Assembly: GCA_038231435.1 (NCBI GenBank) | Contig: JBBRLJ010000012.1 | Location: 46,690 to 110,689 of the forward strand | DNA length: 64,000 nucleotides | DNA from: Planctomycetota bacterium | GTDB taxonomy: Bacteria > Planctomycetota > UBA11346 | Reading direction: 5' to 3' | Shown here: positions 9,042-18,521 of the stretch, piece by piece | How positions within the stretch are numbered: position 1 is the stretch's first letter | Layout of the letters: each line of letters starts with the position of its first letter | Notes under the pieces: generated by a model | Databases searched by the model: none | What the model saw: only the letters and a program-made list of their open reading frames with translations | What the model was told of the DNA's origin: nothing | Made by a program: the position numbers and the translations under genes

Positions 9042-9722
9042 TCAACCCTCGAGCGTCCGCTTCGCATCCCGTGGCTTGGCCTTCTCGGCCGCCACTCCCT
9101 GGCGCGGACACGCGGTGGCGAACGGGCAGCGCTCGCATCGCGGCGACACCCGCTTGCAGCAATCGCGACCGAGGCGGATGAACTGGTGGCACAGCCGCAC
9201 CCAGCGATGCGCGGGGAAGCGGTCGGCGAGCGCGGTCTCGGCGTGGGTCGGATGCTCGGAGGGCGTCCAGCCGAAACGGTGCGCGATGCGCTGGACATGG
9301 GTGTCGGCGGCGATCGCCGGGATGCCGAAGGCGTTGCCGAGCACCACGGCCGCGGTCTTGCGCCCGACACCGGGCAGCGCCGCCAGGTCGGCCATGCTCT
9401 GCGGCACCTTACCGCCATGCAGTCGTACGATTGCGCGCGCGGCCTCGACGATGGCTCGGGCCTTCTGGCGGAAGAGCGGCACCTGTCGCAGCACCGGCTC
9501 GAGATCGCGATGGTCGACGCCCGCCACCGCCTCAGGGCCGACGAAGTGCTCGGTGAACACCGCCATCACCTTGTTGACCTGCACGTCGTGAGCACGCGCC
9601 GACAGGATCGCCGCCACCAGCAGCTCCCACGGATCCTTCGCGCGCAGCTCGCAGGCGGCGTCGGGATAGAGCCGCTCGAGCGACGTGCCGACGTGTCCGG
9701 GATCGAGCACGGGCTGGTCCAT
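9042..9722 (-). CDS. nth: endonuclease III
   Basis: From the ATG at 9722 the product has HhH-GPD features (LAALPGVGRKTAAVVL), a DTHV motif, and a C-terminal 4Fe-4S Cys cluster (CCKRVSPRCERCPFATAC). Confidence 0.9.
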   Translation of the reverse strand: MDQPVLDPGHVGTSLERLYPDAACELRAKDPWELLVAAILSARAHDVQVNKVMAVFTEHFVGPEAVAGVDHRDLEPVLRQVPLFRQKARAIVEAARAIVRLHGGKVPQSMADLAALPGVGRKTAAVVLGNAFGIPAIAADTHVQRIAHRFGWTPSEHPTHAETALADRFPAHRWVRLCHQFIRLGRDCCKRVSPRCERCPFATACPRQGVAAEKAKPRDAKRTLEG

Positions 9723-9741
9723 GGCCGTCAAATCGCCGTGG

Positions 9742-10269
9742 TCAATTGATGTAGTGCGCGACCCAGCCAGCCGGATCCACGAAGAGCCGGATGGCGGTGA
9801 TCTTGCGATCGGCGCACAGGGTGAAGAGATGGTGGTAGTTCTTGGGCACCGAGATGAAGTCGCCTGGCTGCAGCTCGATGTCGAGCGCTTCGCCCTGCTT
9901 ACCGTCTTGGAGAGGGAACACGGTAAAGACGCCGCGGCCCTGCACGCAGAAGCGCACCTCGTCCTCGACGTGCAGGTGCTTCTTGTCGAACTTGGCGAGC
10001 ATGACGTCGAGGTTTGGCGTGTCAGGCCACAGGCTGACGACATCGGCGGTGACGTAGCCGCCCTTGGACTTCATGCGGTCGAGCTCGGGCTTGAACGCCT
10101 TCAGCACGTCCTGCTTCTCGGCATCCGACAGGTTGCGACTGCGCAGGCTCTCGGGCAGGCGGTCGACACCCCAGGTCTCGAAGCCGATGCCGATGGTCTC
10201 GAGCGCCTTGGCGACCTGCTTCTGGTCCTTGACGGTCTTCTTCGATTCGCGGTAGGTAAGCACTGCCAT
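9742..10269 (-). CDS. mtnD: acireductone dioxygenase (ARD cupin)
   Basis: From the ATG at 10269 the product reads MAVLTYRESKK... It has the cupin motif KKHLHVEDEVRFCVQGRGVF and PKNYHHLF, typical of 1,2-dihydroxy-3-keto-5-methylthiopentene dioxygenase. Confidence 0.8.
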   Translation of the reverse strand: MAVLTYRESKKTVKDQKQVAKALETIGIGFETWGVDRLPESLRSRNLSDAEKQDVLKAFKPELDRMKSKGGYVTADVVSLWPDTPNLDVMLAKFDKKHLHVEDEVRFCVQGRGVFTVFPLQDGKQGEALDIELQPGDFISVPKNYHHLFTLCADRKITAIRLFVDPAGWVAHYIN

Positions 10270-10379
10270 GGCTGATGATTCCTGAAGGGATGCGGGTGCG
10301 GCCGATTGCGACGACGAGGGAATCCGAAGCCGGAGTTTCCCGGATGAATGCCGAAGGATGAAGTGTAAACAGCTCTCGG

Positions 10380-12545
10380 GTGTTTCCACCGGAAATGGAT
10401 GCCATGCCTTCGACGGACCCGCCTGGGATCAGGGCCGCACTGCCGGCGCGAGAACCGGAAGATTTCTCCTTGCGCTTCATCGCGGGGATCGGGCCGGCGC
10501 GCGCCCAGGCGCTCGCGGCCGCGGGCTTGCGCACCGCGTGGGACGTGATCCACGCGGTGCCGCGGTTGCTGCCGCCGCCGCCGCCGATGGTCGAGAGCGG
10601 GCCGCTCGAGCCCGGAGCGTTGGCGCGGGTGCGGGCGCGGGTGCTGCGCGTGCGGCCGATCTTCCGCCGCGGCCGCGGCATGTCGGTCGAGGCCATGCTC
10701 GAGCGCGCCGACGGGTACCCGCTCAAGGCGATGTTCTTCAATGCCGGCTGGCTGAAGCGCCATCTGCTGCCGAACGAATGGTACCTGTGGGAGGGCCGCG
10801 CCGATGAGAAGCGCGCGGGGGTGCTGAACCATCCGTCGTTCACGCACATGGCGAGCGGACTCGCGACGCCCGGGCCGGTAGACGAACGGCCGCGCGTGGC
10901 GTACCGGCCGCCAGCCGGGATCTCGGAGCGCGCTTTCGAGCAGCTGGTCGAGAACGTCCTCATCGAGCACGTTCCGCGCCTGGCCGATCCGCTGGGAGAG
11001 CTCGCGCCCGCGGCGTATCAGCTGCTGATCCTCTCGCTGCACCATCCGGCAGACGCCGCCGCGCACGAGCAGGCGGCGCGCGGCCTCGCCCGCCGCGAAT
11101 TGCGCGCCCTGGCCTGGCTGCTGCAGTCGCGACGCGCGCGACAGCTGTCGGAGCCCGGACGCGCCTGGACCTGGAGCGACGACATCGATCGGCGCGCGCG
11201 CGCCCGCCTGCCCTTCACCCTCACCGCCGGCCAGGACGAGGCGCTCGCGGCGATCCGCGCCGACATGCGCGCGCCCGAACCGATGTGCCGCCTGCTGCAG
11301 GGCGACGTCGGCAGCGGCAAGACCGCGTTGGCGCTGATCGCGTGCCTGGCGGTGATCGCCGAGGGGGCGCAGGCGCTGATGATGGCGCCGACCGCGATCC
11401 TCGCCGAGCAGCACCACGCGTTCTTCGCCCGCTGCCTGGCCGGTTCGCGCGTGCGCTTGCGTCTGCTCACCGCCGCCAGCACTGCCGTGGAACGCTCCGC
11501 GATCATCGCCGATCTCGCCGCCGGACGTCTCGACGTGCTGATCGGCACGCACGCGCTGCTCGAGGACGACGTGCGGCCGCTGGCGCTGGGCCTGGTGGTG
11601 ATCGACGAGCAGCACAAGTTCGGTGTGGCGCAGCGCGCCGCCCTGGTGGCCCATCGCGGCCCTGCCCAGCCGTGGCGGCCGGACCTGCTGCTGCTCACCG
11701 CCACGCCGATCCCGCGCACCCTGGCGCTGACCGTGTTCGGGGATCTCGCGGTGTCGCGCATCGCCGGCCGGCCGCCGGGACGCGGCGAGGTCACCACCGA
11801 ATGCCAACGCCTTGAGGCCACGGCGCAGCTCGATGCGCCGCTGCGCGCGGCGCTCGCATCTGGCGGCCGCGCCTTCGTGATCTGCCCGTTCAAGACCCGG
11901 GCCCAGGAGACGAGCCAGGACACGGGAGATGACGCCGGCGATGACGTTGCGCGGGCGTGGACGGCCGAGGCGGTGCTGGCCCACATCGCTGGGGTGTTCC
12001 CGGGCGAGGCCGCGCTGGTCCATGGCGATCTCCGAGACGATGAGAAGACCGCGGCGATGCGCGCGTTCGCCACGGGCGTAGCGCGCATCCTGGTGGCGAC
12101 GACGGTGGTCGAGGTGGGCATCGACGTGCCCGAGGCCACCCTGCTCGCGGTGCTCGACGCCGAACGCTTCGGCCTCGCCCAGCTGCATCAGCTGCGCGGG
12201 CGCATCGGACGCGGGCCTGGCGGCGGCCGCTGCATCCTCTTCCACCGCGGCGAACTGCCATCGCCGCGGCTGCTCGCGCTCTCCGCGAGCGATGACGGCC
12301 TGGCGATCGCCGAGGCTGATCTCGCGGCGCGCGGACCGGGCGAGCTGCTCGGCACCGGGCAGCATGGCGCATTCATCCTGCGCGCCGCCGATCTGGCGCG
12401 CGATCTCGATCTGCTGCAGGATGCGCACGAGGCGGTACGCGCGGCCATCGCCCGTCATGAGCCGATGCCGCCCGGGCTCCGCCCCTTCCTGGCCGACGAC
12501 CAGCTGCCCGAGGGCGCGTCGAGCGACCTGCTCGCTGGAGGCTGA
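10380..12545 (+). CDS. recG: ATP-dependent DNA helicase RecG
   Basis: Helicase motifs are present: GDVGSGKTALAL, VIDEQHKFGV, LLLTATPIPRTLAL and QLHQLRGRIGRG. The start is uncertain: GTG at 10380, or ATG at 10395 or 10404. Confidence 0.9.
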   Translation: MFPPEMDAMPSTDPPGIRAALPAREPEDFSLRFIAGIGPARAQALAAAGLRTAWDVIHAVPRLLPPPPPMVESGPLEPGALARVRARVLRVRPIFRRGRGMSVEAMLERADGYPLKAMFFNAGWLKRHLLPNEWYLWEGRADEKRAGVLNHPSFTHMASGLATPGPVDERPRVAYRPPAGISERAFEQLVENVLIEHVPRLADPLGELAPAAYQLLILSLHHPADAAAHEQAARGLARRELRALAWLLQSRRARQLSEPGRAWTWSDDIDRRARARLPFTLTAGQDEALAAIRADMRAPEPMCRLLQGDVGSGKTALALIACLAVIAEGAQALMMAPTAILAEQHHAFFARCLAGSRVRLRLLTAASTAVERSAIIADLAAGRLDVLIGTHALLEDDVRPLALGLVVIDEQHKFGVAQRAALVAHRGPAQPWRPDLLLLTATPIPRTLALTVFGDLAVSRIAGRPPGRGEVTTECQRLEATAQLDAPLRAALASGGRAFVICPFKTRAQETSQDTGDDAGDDVARAWTAEAVLAHIAGVFPGEAALVHGDLRDDEKTAAMRAFATGVARILVATTVVEVGIDVPEATLLAVLDAERFGLAQLHQLRGRIGRGPGGGRCILFHRGELPSPRLLALSASDDGLAIAEADLAARGPGELLGTGQHGAFILRAADLARDLDLLQDAHEAVRAAIARHEPMPPGLRPFLADDQLPEGASSDLLAGG

Positions 12546-12569
12546 AGGGGCGCTCGCTACCATGGTGCC

Positions 12570-13544
12570 ATGGCCACGTGCTACATCTGCTGCCCGGCCT
12601 ACGCCCTCGAAGGGCCGCTGAAGAAGACACGCGCCATCGAGGCGATCGAACCCTTCGCCAAGGAATTCGCGCTCGAGATCGTGCCTTCGCCGCTGATGGA
12701 CCGCCACCTGGGCACCGGCGCCTGGCTGCCCACCGCCGAACGGCGCGCCGACCTCCGCCGCGCCCTCGAGCACGACGTGGTGTGGGCATGCATGGGCGGC
12801 TACGGTTCCATCCACCTGGTGGGCGATCTGATGGCGGCGTCGCCGGCCAAGCAGCCGATGATCATCGGCTACAGCGACATCACCGTTCTGCACGCCTGCT
12901 GGCGCGCGCGTGGATGGGGCGAGGGCTGCTACATCGCTCTCCCGCCCGGTCGCCACGGCCGCGCGGGCGAGAGCCTGCTCGCGCTGATGCGCGGCACCTC
13001 GTACCGCCGCTCGGGCGAGATCGACGCCGGCGTGCGCGTACTGCGCTCCGGCAGCGCCAAGGGCCCGTGCATGAGCGCGTGCGTCTCGGTGTTCGCCGGA
13101 TTGTGCGGCACCCCGGCGATGCCGTCGCTGCGCGGCTGCGTGCTGGCGATCGAGGACGTTGACGAGCATCCGTTCCAGCTCGACTACGCGCTGATGCAGC
13201 TGTGGCTGTCGGGCGCGCTCGAGGGCATCGTCGGCCTGATCGGCGGATCGTTCACCCACAAGGAGCGCTCGGACTACCACGGGCCGACCATCGACGAGGT
13301 GCTGGCCGAATGGGCGCACCGCCTGGGCATTCCGGCGATCTCGCGTCTGCCGTTCGGGCACATCGACGACGGCCTGACCATGCCGTGCGGCCGCGAGGTC
13401 GAGCTGTCGTGCGACGAGCGCGGCGCATGGCAGTTCATCGTCTCCGAGCACCCTGATCCGCCCGCGTGGTCGCGCTCCGGGTCGCCAACAGGGAAGCACG
13501 CCTCTCCGGCACATGCGGCTCCATCCAGGAAGGCATCCACATGA
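12570..13544 (+). CDS. LD-carboxypeptidase (peptidase S66, LdcA/MccF-like)
   Basis: The GYSDITVLH nucleophile motif and the AIEDVDEHPFQLDY and FGH motifs fit S66 architecture. The stop overlaps the next start (ATGA at 13541-13544). Confidence 0.75.
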   Translation: MATCYICCPAYALEGPLKKTRAIEAIEPFAKEFALEIVPSPLMDRHLGTGAWLPTAERRADLRRALEHDVVWACMGGYGSIHLVGDLMAASPAKQPMIIGYSDITVLHACWRARGWGEGCYIALPPGRHGRAGESLLALMRGTSYRRSGEIDAGVRVLRSGSAKGPCMSACVSVFAGLCGTPAMPSLRGCVLAIEDVDEHPFQLDYALMQLWLSGALEGIVGLIGGSFTHKERSDYHGPTIDEVLAEWAHRLGIPAISRLPFGHIDDGLTMPCGREVELSCDERGAWQFIVSEHPDPPAWSRSGSPTGKHASPAHAAPSRKAST

Positions 13545-14698
13545 GCACCTCCGAGGCATCTCTCCTGGCAGGGATCGTCGCGCGCGCGGTCGAGCTCCGC
13601 CACGATCTGCACCGCCATCCAGAGCTGATGTTCGAGGAGCACCGCACCGCGGCCGTGGTGCGCGCGCAGCTCGATCGCATCGGCATCCCGTGGCGCGCCT
13701 GCGCGGTCACCGGCACGCTCGCCACCCTGGCGCCCTCGGCGACGGGCACGCACATCGCGCTGCGCGCTGACCTCGACGCGCTGCCGCTCACCGAGTGCAC
13801 CAGCCTCGCCTACTCCAGCGTGCACGAGGGCAAGATGCACGCCTGCGGCCATGACGGCCACACCGCCAGCCTGGTCGCCGCCGCCGAATGGCTGAAGTCG
13901 CGCGAGCGCGACCTGCCGGGCCCGGTGACCCTGCTCTTCCAGCCGGCGGAAGAGGGCGGCCATGGCGCGAAGCGCATGATCGACGACGGCGCCCTCACCG
14001 GCATCGACGAGATCTACGGCTACCACAACTGGCCGCCGCTGGCATTCGGCAAGGCCGCCTGCGGCCCCGGCCCGGTGCTCGCCGCCAACGGCGAATGGGA
14101 GGCCACCATCTCGGGCCGCGGCGGTCACGCCGCGCAGCCGCACCAGACCATCGATCCGGTGGTGGCCGGCGCCGCGTTCGTCACGCTGCTGCAGCAGGTG
14201 GTGAGCCGCCAGGTCTCGCCGACCGAGGCCTCGGTGCTGTCGGTCACCTGCTTCCACGCCGGCACCTTCAACAACATCATCCCCGACGAGGCCAAGCTGG
14301 TCGGCACGGTGCGCGCCGCGACCACCCAGCTGCGCGACGAGCTCGCGCGGCGCGCCGAGGCGGTGCTGGTCTCGGCGTGCTCGGTGTCCGGAGCCAAGCC
14401 GCATTTCGAGTTCACGCCCTGCTATCCCGCGACGGTGAACGATCCACGGTGCGCGGCGCGCGCCTGCGCGGCGATCGAGCGCGTGCTCGGACCGGGCAGC
14501 GTCGACGCTGCCGCGCTGCCGGTGATGGTCTCCGAGGACTTCTCCTACTATCTGGAGCAGCGGCCCGGCGCGTACATGCTGTTGGGCGCAGGTGTAGCGG
14601 GTCGAGAGCTCGAGCCGTGCCACAGCCCGCGCTTCGACTACCACGACGGCCTGATCCCGGTGGTGGTGAAGTTGTGGGCGGATCTCGCCGGACTGTGA
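13541..14698 (+). CDS. M20-family amidohydrolase (hippurate hydrolase / N-acyl-amino acid amidohydrolase type)
   Basis: From the ATG at 13541 the product reads LRHDLHRHPELMFEEHRT, MHACGHDGH, QPAEEGGHGA and GRGGHAAQPH. Confidence 0.85.
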   Translation: MSTSEASLLAGIVARAVELRHDLHRHPELMFEEHRTAAVVRAQLDRIGIPWRACAVTGTLATLAPSATGTHIALRADLDALPLTECTSLAYSSVHEGKMHACGHDGHTASLVAAAEWLKSRERDLPGPVTLLFQPAEEGGHGAKRMIDDGALTGIDEIYGYHNWPPLAFGKAACGPGPVLAANGEWEATISGRGGHAAQPHQTIDPVVAGAAFVTLLQQVVSRQVSPTEASVLSVTCFHAGTFNNIIPDEAKLVGTVRAATTQLRDELARRAEAVLVSACSVSGAKPHFEFTPCYPATVNDPRCAARACAAIERVLGPGSVDAAALPVMVSEDFSYYLEQRPGAYMLLGAGVAGRELEPCHSPRFDYHDGLIPVVVKLWADLAGL

Positions 14699-14716
14699 TC
14701 ATCGATGATGATCGTT

Positions 14717-14766
14717 GATGACCGATGACGACCGAGGACGCACAGGATGCGGAGTGCGGGTTGCGG
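14717..14766. repeat. degenerate heptamer arrays (GATGACS)x2 and (NNTGCGG)x3
   Basis: gatgacc gatgacg at 14717-14730, and gatgcgg agtgcgg gttgcgg at 14746-14766. Both lie in the spacer before the lipoprotein gene. Confidence 0.6.
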
Positions 14767-14793
14767 CACGGTCGAGCATGCCGTGGCATCGGC

Positions 14794-15699
14794 ATGGCCT
14801 GGTGCGCTGTGCTGGGAATGCTAGCGATGCTGGCGTGCGCGGGATGCCGGGACGCGCCAGGTCCCCGGCGTTTGACGCTGGTGGTCCCCGACGGTTACCG
14901 CGGCATCGTGCGCGTGGTCACGGATAACGCTGGTAGCGACGCTCCGATAGTCGACGGCGAGTTCGTGGTCGCGGTACCGCGCAATGGCATGCTGCGATTG
15001 AAGCCCCTTCCACTTAGCGCAACCCAGGGCAAGGATTGGCAGGGAGTCAGGTGCCGCACCGTCAGCGGGGTCGACATCCCATCCGGCGCGGGGCTCGAGG
15101 TCGATGGCGGCGTCCTTCAGAGCGAGGTGGCGTTCTGGCCGCTCGGCCGATTGGTGATCGCATCCGCGACGGACGATGCCCATGACCTGCTGATCGGAAC
15201 AGTCGTCGATCGAGATGAGGCCAAGACCGCGCCTGGGCATTTCGCGCCAGGCGATGTCAACGCGATGAAACGCTATCATGCGTTGAGCGGCATGGGCCGC
15301 TCCGCGTACGCGCTCGGTGATCTGACGACGGCCGCATCGAGCGCGCGCGAACTGCTCGCATTGGCTGATGAATTCCCCAACGACTGGAACTTCGGTGATG
15401 CCGTGCACGACGGCAACATGTTGCTGGGCCTGGTGGCGCTGCGCTCAGGAGACATCACGGGTGCGCGCGAGCGCTTGGCCGCCGCCGGCGCGACCCCAGG
15501 ATCGCCGCACTTGGATTCGGCCGGCCCCGACATGACCCTCGCGAAGGAGATGATCGCGTCGGGCGAACGTGAGGCGGTGCTTGCCTATTTCGCCGCTTGC
15601 GAGCGCTTCTGGAAATACGGTTCCGCGCATCTCTTCGCGTGGCGTCAGACGGTCGAAGCCGGAGGCATGCCCGACTTCGGTAGGAACCTCGATCACTGA
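14794..15699 (+). CDS. hypothetical lipoprotein-like secreted protein
   Basis: The internal ATG at 14794 gives a signal peptide MAWCAVLGMLAMLACAGC. GC3-rich coding continues to 15699. I recognise no domain. Confidence 0.55.
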   Translation: MAWCAVLGMLAMLACAGCRDAPGPRRLTLVVPDGYRGIVRVVTDNAGSDAPIVDGEFVVAVPRNGMLRLKPLPLSATQGKDWQGVRCRTVSGVDIPSGAGLEVDGGVLQSEVAFWPLGRLVIASATDDAHDLLIGTVVDRDEAKTAPGHFAPGDVNAMKRYHALSGMGRSAYALGDLTTAASSARELLALADEFPNDWNFGDAVHDGNMLLGLVALRSGDITGARERLAAAGATPGSPHLDSAGPDMTLAKEMIASGEREAVLAYFAACERFWKYGSAHLFAWRQTVEAGGMPDFGRNLDH

Positions 15700-15756
15700 T
15701 CGGCGCATGTCGGATAGACGGGTGTCCGACGCGCCAAGAGGCCCTACGCTGCACCC

Positions 15757-16779
15757 ATGTCCGAGCCCGATCCGGGAGTTCCACGTGCGGGAAAGCCCGA
15801 GGCGTCACCGGTCGCCCCGGGCGCGGCCCCTTATGAGCAGCTCGCCAACCGCATCGCGCGCGTGCACCGCCACCTGCGCAAATGGGCCCGCCGCACCGAC
15901 GTCACCTGCTACCGGCTGTACGAGAAGGATATCGCCGACCAGCCGCTGATCGTGGACTGGTACGATGGCGACGCGGTGGTGTGGGCGTTCGCGCGCACCC
16001 GCAACGAGACCGCCGAGCAGGAAGCGGCCTGGCTATCCGCCGTCGAGCAGAGCGTGCGTTCAGCGCTGGACCTGGGCGCCGAGCACGTGTTCGTCAAACG
16101 ACGCGCGCCCCAGAAGGACCGGCAGTCGGGCGGGCAGTACGAACGCCTCGGCCAGAAGCGTACGGTCAAGAACGTGCGCGAGCAGGGCCTGCTCTTCGAG
16201 GTCAACCTCTCCGACTATCTCGACACCGGCCTGTTCCTCGACCACCGTCCCACGCGCGCGTTGGTGCGCGAACGCGCGGCTGGCAAGGCGGTGCTGAATC
16301 TCTTCGCCTACACCGGTTCGTTCACCTGCTACGCGCGCGCGGGTGGCGCCACCGCGACCGTTACTGTCGATCTCAGCAACACCTACCTCGACTGGGCGGC
16401 GCGCAACCTGGAGCTCAATGGCTTCACGACCGGCCCGGAACATCGCCTGGAGCGCGCCGACTGCCTGGCGTGGCTCGATCAGGCGCCGCGCGCGACCCAG
16501 CGCTTCGACCTCATCGTCTGCGATCCGCCGACCTTCTCGAACTCCACCTCGATGCCGAAGCCATTCGCGATCGAGAAGGACCATCCCTGGCTGCTGGCGC
16601 GCTGCCGCGAGCTGCTGAATCCCGGCGGCGAGCTCTACTTCAGCACCAACTTCCGCGGCTTCGACCTGCGTGGCGGGGGCGAGGGCTTCACCATCGAGGA
16701 TCTCACCGAGCGCTCGATCCCCGAGGACTTCCGCAATCGCCGCATCCATCGCTGCTTCCGCATGGTGAGATCGGGCTGA
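15757..16779 (+). CDS. rlmK: class I SAM-dependent rRNA methyltransferase, stand-alone RlmK-like (C-terminal half of E. coli RlmKL)
   Basis: By recall it is collinear with the RlmL C-terminal domain: LRKWARRTDVTCYRLYEKDI, EVNLSDYLDTGLFLDHRPTR, LNLFAYTGSF and DPPTFSNS. Confidence 0.7.
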   Translation: MSEPDPGVPRAGKPEASPVAPGAAPYEQLANRIARVHRHLRKWARRTDVTCYRLYEKDIADQPLIVDWYDGDAVVWAFARTRNETAEQEAAWLSAVEQSVRSALDLGAEHVFVKRRAPQKDRQSGGQYERLGQKRTVKNVREQGLLFEVNLSDYLDTGLFLDHRPTRALVRERAAGKAVLNLFAYTGSFTCYARAGGATATVTVDLSNTYLDWAARNLELNGFTTGPEHRLERADCLAWLDQAPRATQRFDLIVCDPPTFSNSTSMPKPFAIEKDHPWLLARCRELLNPGGELYFSTNFRGFDLRGGGEGFTIEDLTERSIPEDFRNRRIHRCFRMVRSG

Positions 16780-16854
16780 GCGGCGTGCGACGTGACGCCG
16801 AGGAAAGCACGTACGCATCGTGGCTGTCCGCTCTCTTCCCCCGACCGCCGAGTC

Positions 16855-16964
16855 CTGGTGCGTGAACCATGGGCGCAGCCCATCACGCAAACATTTTAGC
16901 CAGCAGTGACAAAACGAAGGACGACCAGGGCCGTGGGGGTCCGGGGGCATAGCCCCTGAATCAG
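16855..16964 (-). repeat. structured intergenic repeat, family B, copy B2 (inverted orientation)
   Basis: The reverse complement reads CCTGATTCAGGGGCTATGCCCCCGGACCCCCACGGCC...GTTTGCGTGATGGGCTGCGCCCATGGTTCACGCA. It is collinear with B1, with the stem-loops preserved. Confidence 0.85.
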
Positions 16965-17003
16965 GCAGCCGCACACCGCACCTTCCCATAAGCACCTCCC
17001 ATA

Positions 17004-18482
17004 TTGCGCGCAGGTCGGCAGCGCGAAGCTCGCGCCATGGTCTTGCCAGCGCCGCTCGTGCCGCTGAACGAATCCGCGCTCATCGACGAGGCCGCGGTGG
17101 CCCTGGGCCAGGATCTCGGCGTGCTGATGGAGCGCGCCGGCGAGGCGCTGATGCGCGAGGCGTCGCGGATGGCGCCGACCGGCCGCATCCTGGTGGTATG
17201 TGGACCGGGCAACAACGGCGGCGACGGCTACGTGTGCGCTCGCCTGCTCGCCGAGGCCGGGCGCGAGATCAGCGTGTGGGCGGTGATCGCGCCGCGCAGC
17301 CCGCTGTGCGAGCGCCAGGCGAAGCGGCTGCCGGATACGGTCACGCGCCTCACCGGCGTCCCGTCGGAGACCCCGTCCCTGATCGTCGACGCCATCCTCG
17401 GCGCGGGCACGCGCGGCCGTCCCCGCGATCCGATCGCGAGCGCGCTGACCGCGCTCAAGGGGCTGAAGTCCCCGGTGCTGGCGTCTGACGTCCCGAGCGG
17501 GCTCGGCACCGATCTGATGCTGCCCGCGACCCTGACCCTGTGCCTGCAGGTGGCCAAGCTCGAGTTGCTGAAGGTTCCTGGCGTCGGAGAGTTCAAGACG
17601 GTCGACATCGGGGTGCTGCCAGCGGCCTACCAGGATGTCCAACCCAGCTGCATGCGCCGCTTCCCGCCGCTCAAGCGTACCGGCCACAAGGGCACCCACG
17701 GCGAGCTGCTGGTGATCGGCGGCGGCGTCTTCCCCGGCGCGCTCGAGTTCGCCTGCCGCGCGGCGGTGATGACCGGCTGCGACATGGTGCGCGCGTGGAC
17801 CGCCGAGGGCCCGAAGCTGCCGCCCGGCATCGTCGTCCACCGCCAGCAGGGCTCGTCGCTCTCTCCCGCGGATCCCGAGCAGCTGACGCCGATGCTGGTG
17901 CGCGCGAGCGCGGTGCTGATCGGGCCGGGAATCGGCCGCGAGGCCGGCTGTCCCGAGGCCGCACAACAGGCGTGCAGCCTGGCGCTCGAGATGGGCGTGC
18001 CGGTGATCCTCGACGCCGACGCGCTCACCGCCTGCGCCGACATGATCCGCGACCTGCCCGAGGGCGACGCGCGCATCCTGCTGACGCCGCACCGCACCGA
18101 GGCGCGCAACCTGATGGGCGTCGCCGCGACCGAGGAATCCCTGCACGCCTTCGCTCGCCCCGATCGCGTGCTGCTGGCCAAGGCCCCGGTCGATCTGGTC
18201 ACCGATGGCTGGCGCTGGCAGCGAAATCCGCGCGGTAATCCACGCATGGCGGTGGGCGGCACCGGCGACATCGTCGCCGGTCTCGCCGCCGGATTCATGG
18301 CGCGCGGCGCGGCGCCCTTCGACGCCGCGCGCATGGCGGTGCTGTGGATCACCACCGCCGCCGACACCCTGTGGCACGAGCAAGGTCCGTGCTACGACTC
18401 CGAGTCCGTGCTCGGGAGACTGCCCGCCGCGCTGCGCTCGTTCCTCGAGCCCCTGGGCATGTGGCCTCCCGTCACTGGGTGA
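17004..18482 (+). CDS. nnr: bifunctional NAD(P)H-hydrate repair enzyme (epimerase/dehydratase)
   Basis: YjeF N-terminal motif VVCGPGNNGGDGYVCARLL and C-terminal kinase-like HKGTHGELLVIGGG and GGTGDIVAGL. The start could instead be the ATG at 17037. Confidence 0.85.
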   Translation: MRAGRQREARAMVLPAPLVPLNESALIDEAAVALGQDLGVLMERAGEALMREASRMAPTGRILVVCGPGNNGGDGYVCARLLAEAGREISVWAVIAPRSPLCERQAKRLPDTVTRLTGVPSETPSLIVDAILGAGTRGRPRDPIASALTALKGLKSPVLASDVPSGLGTDLMLPATLTLCLQVAKLELLKVPGVGEFKTVDIGVLPAAYQDVQPSCMRRFPPLKRTGHKGTHGELLVIGGGVFPGALEFACRAAVMTGCDMVRAWTAEGPKLPPGIVVHRQQGSSLSPADPEQLTPMLVRASAVLIGPGIGREAGCPEAAQQACSLALEMGVPVILDADALTACADMIRDLPEGDARILLTPHRTEARNLMGVAATEESLHAFARPDRVLLAKAPVDLVTDGWRWQRNPRGNPRMAVGGTGDIVAGLAAGFMARGAAPFDAARMAVLWITTAADTLWHEQGPCYDSESVLGRLPAALRSFLEPLGMWPPVTG

Positions 18483-18521
18483 ACGTCCGTCGTCGGACAG
18501 CTCGACGACCGTGCGATCGGA

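Noticed and set aside
10101-13559. 1152-aa minus-strand ORF
   Set aside because: It is antisense to recG and the LD-carboxypeptidase. It has R/A/G/P/H-rich shadow-frame composition with no motifs, which is typical of long open antisense frames in high-GC DNA. The same reasoning applies to ORFs 13274-14644(-), 16896-18383(-), 20634-21977(-), 29359-31158(-), 49584-50858(-), 55487-57628(+), 56010-57539(+), 58585-59811(-) and 62613-63947(-).
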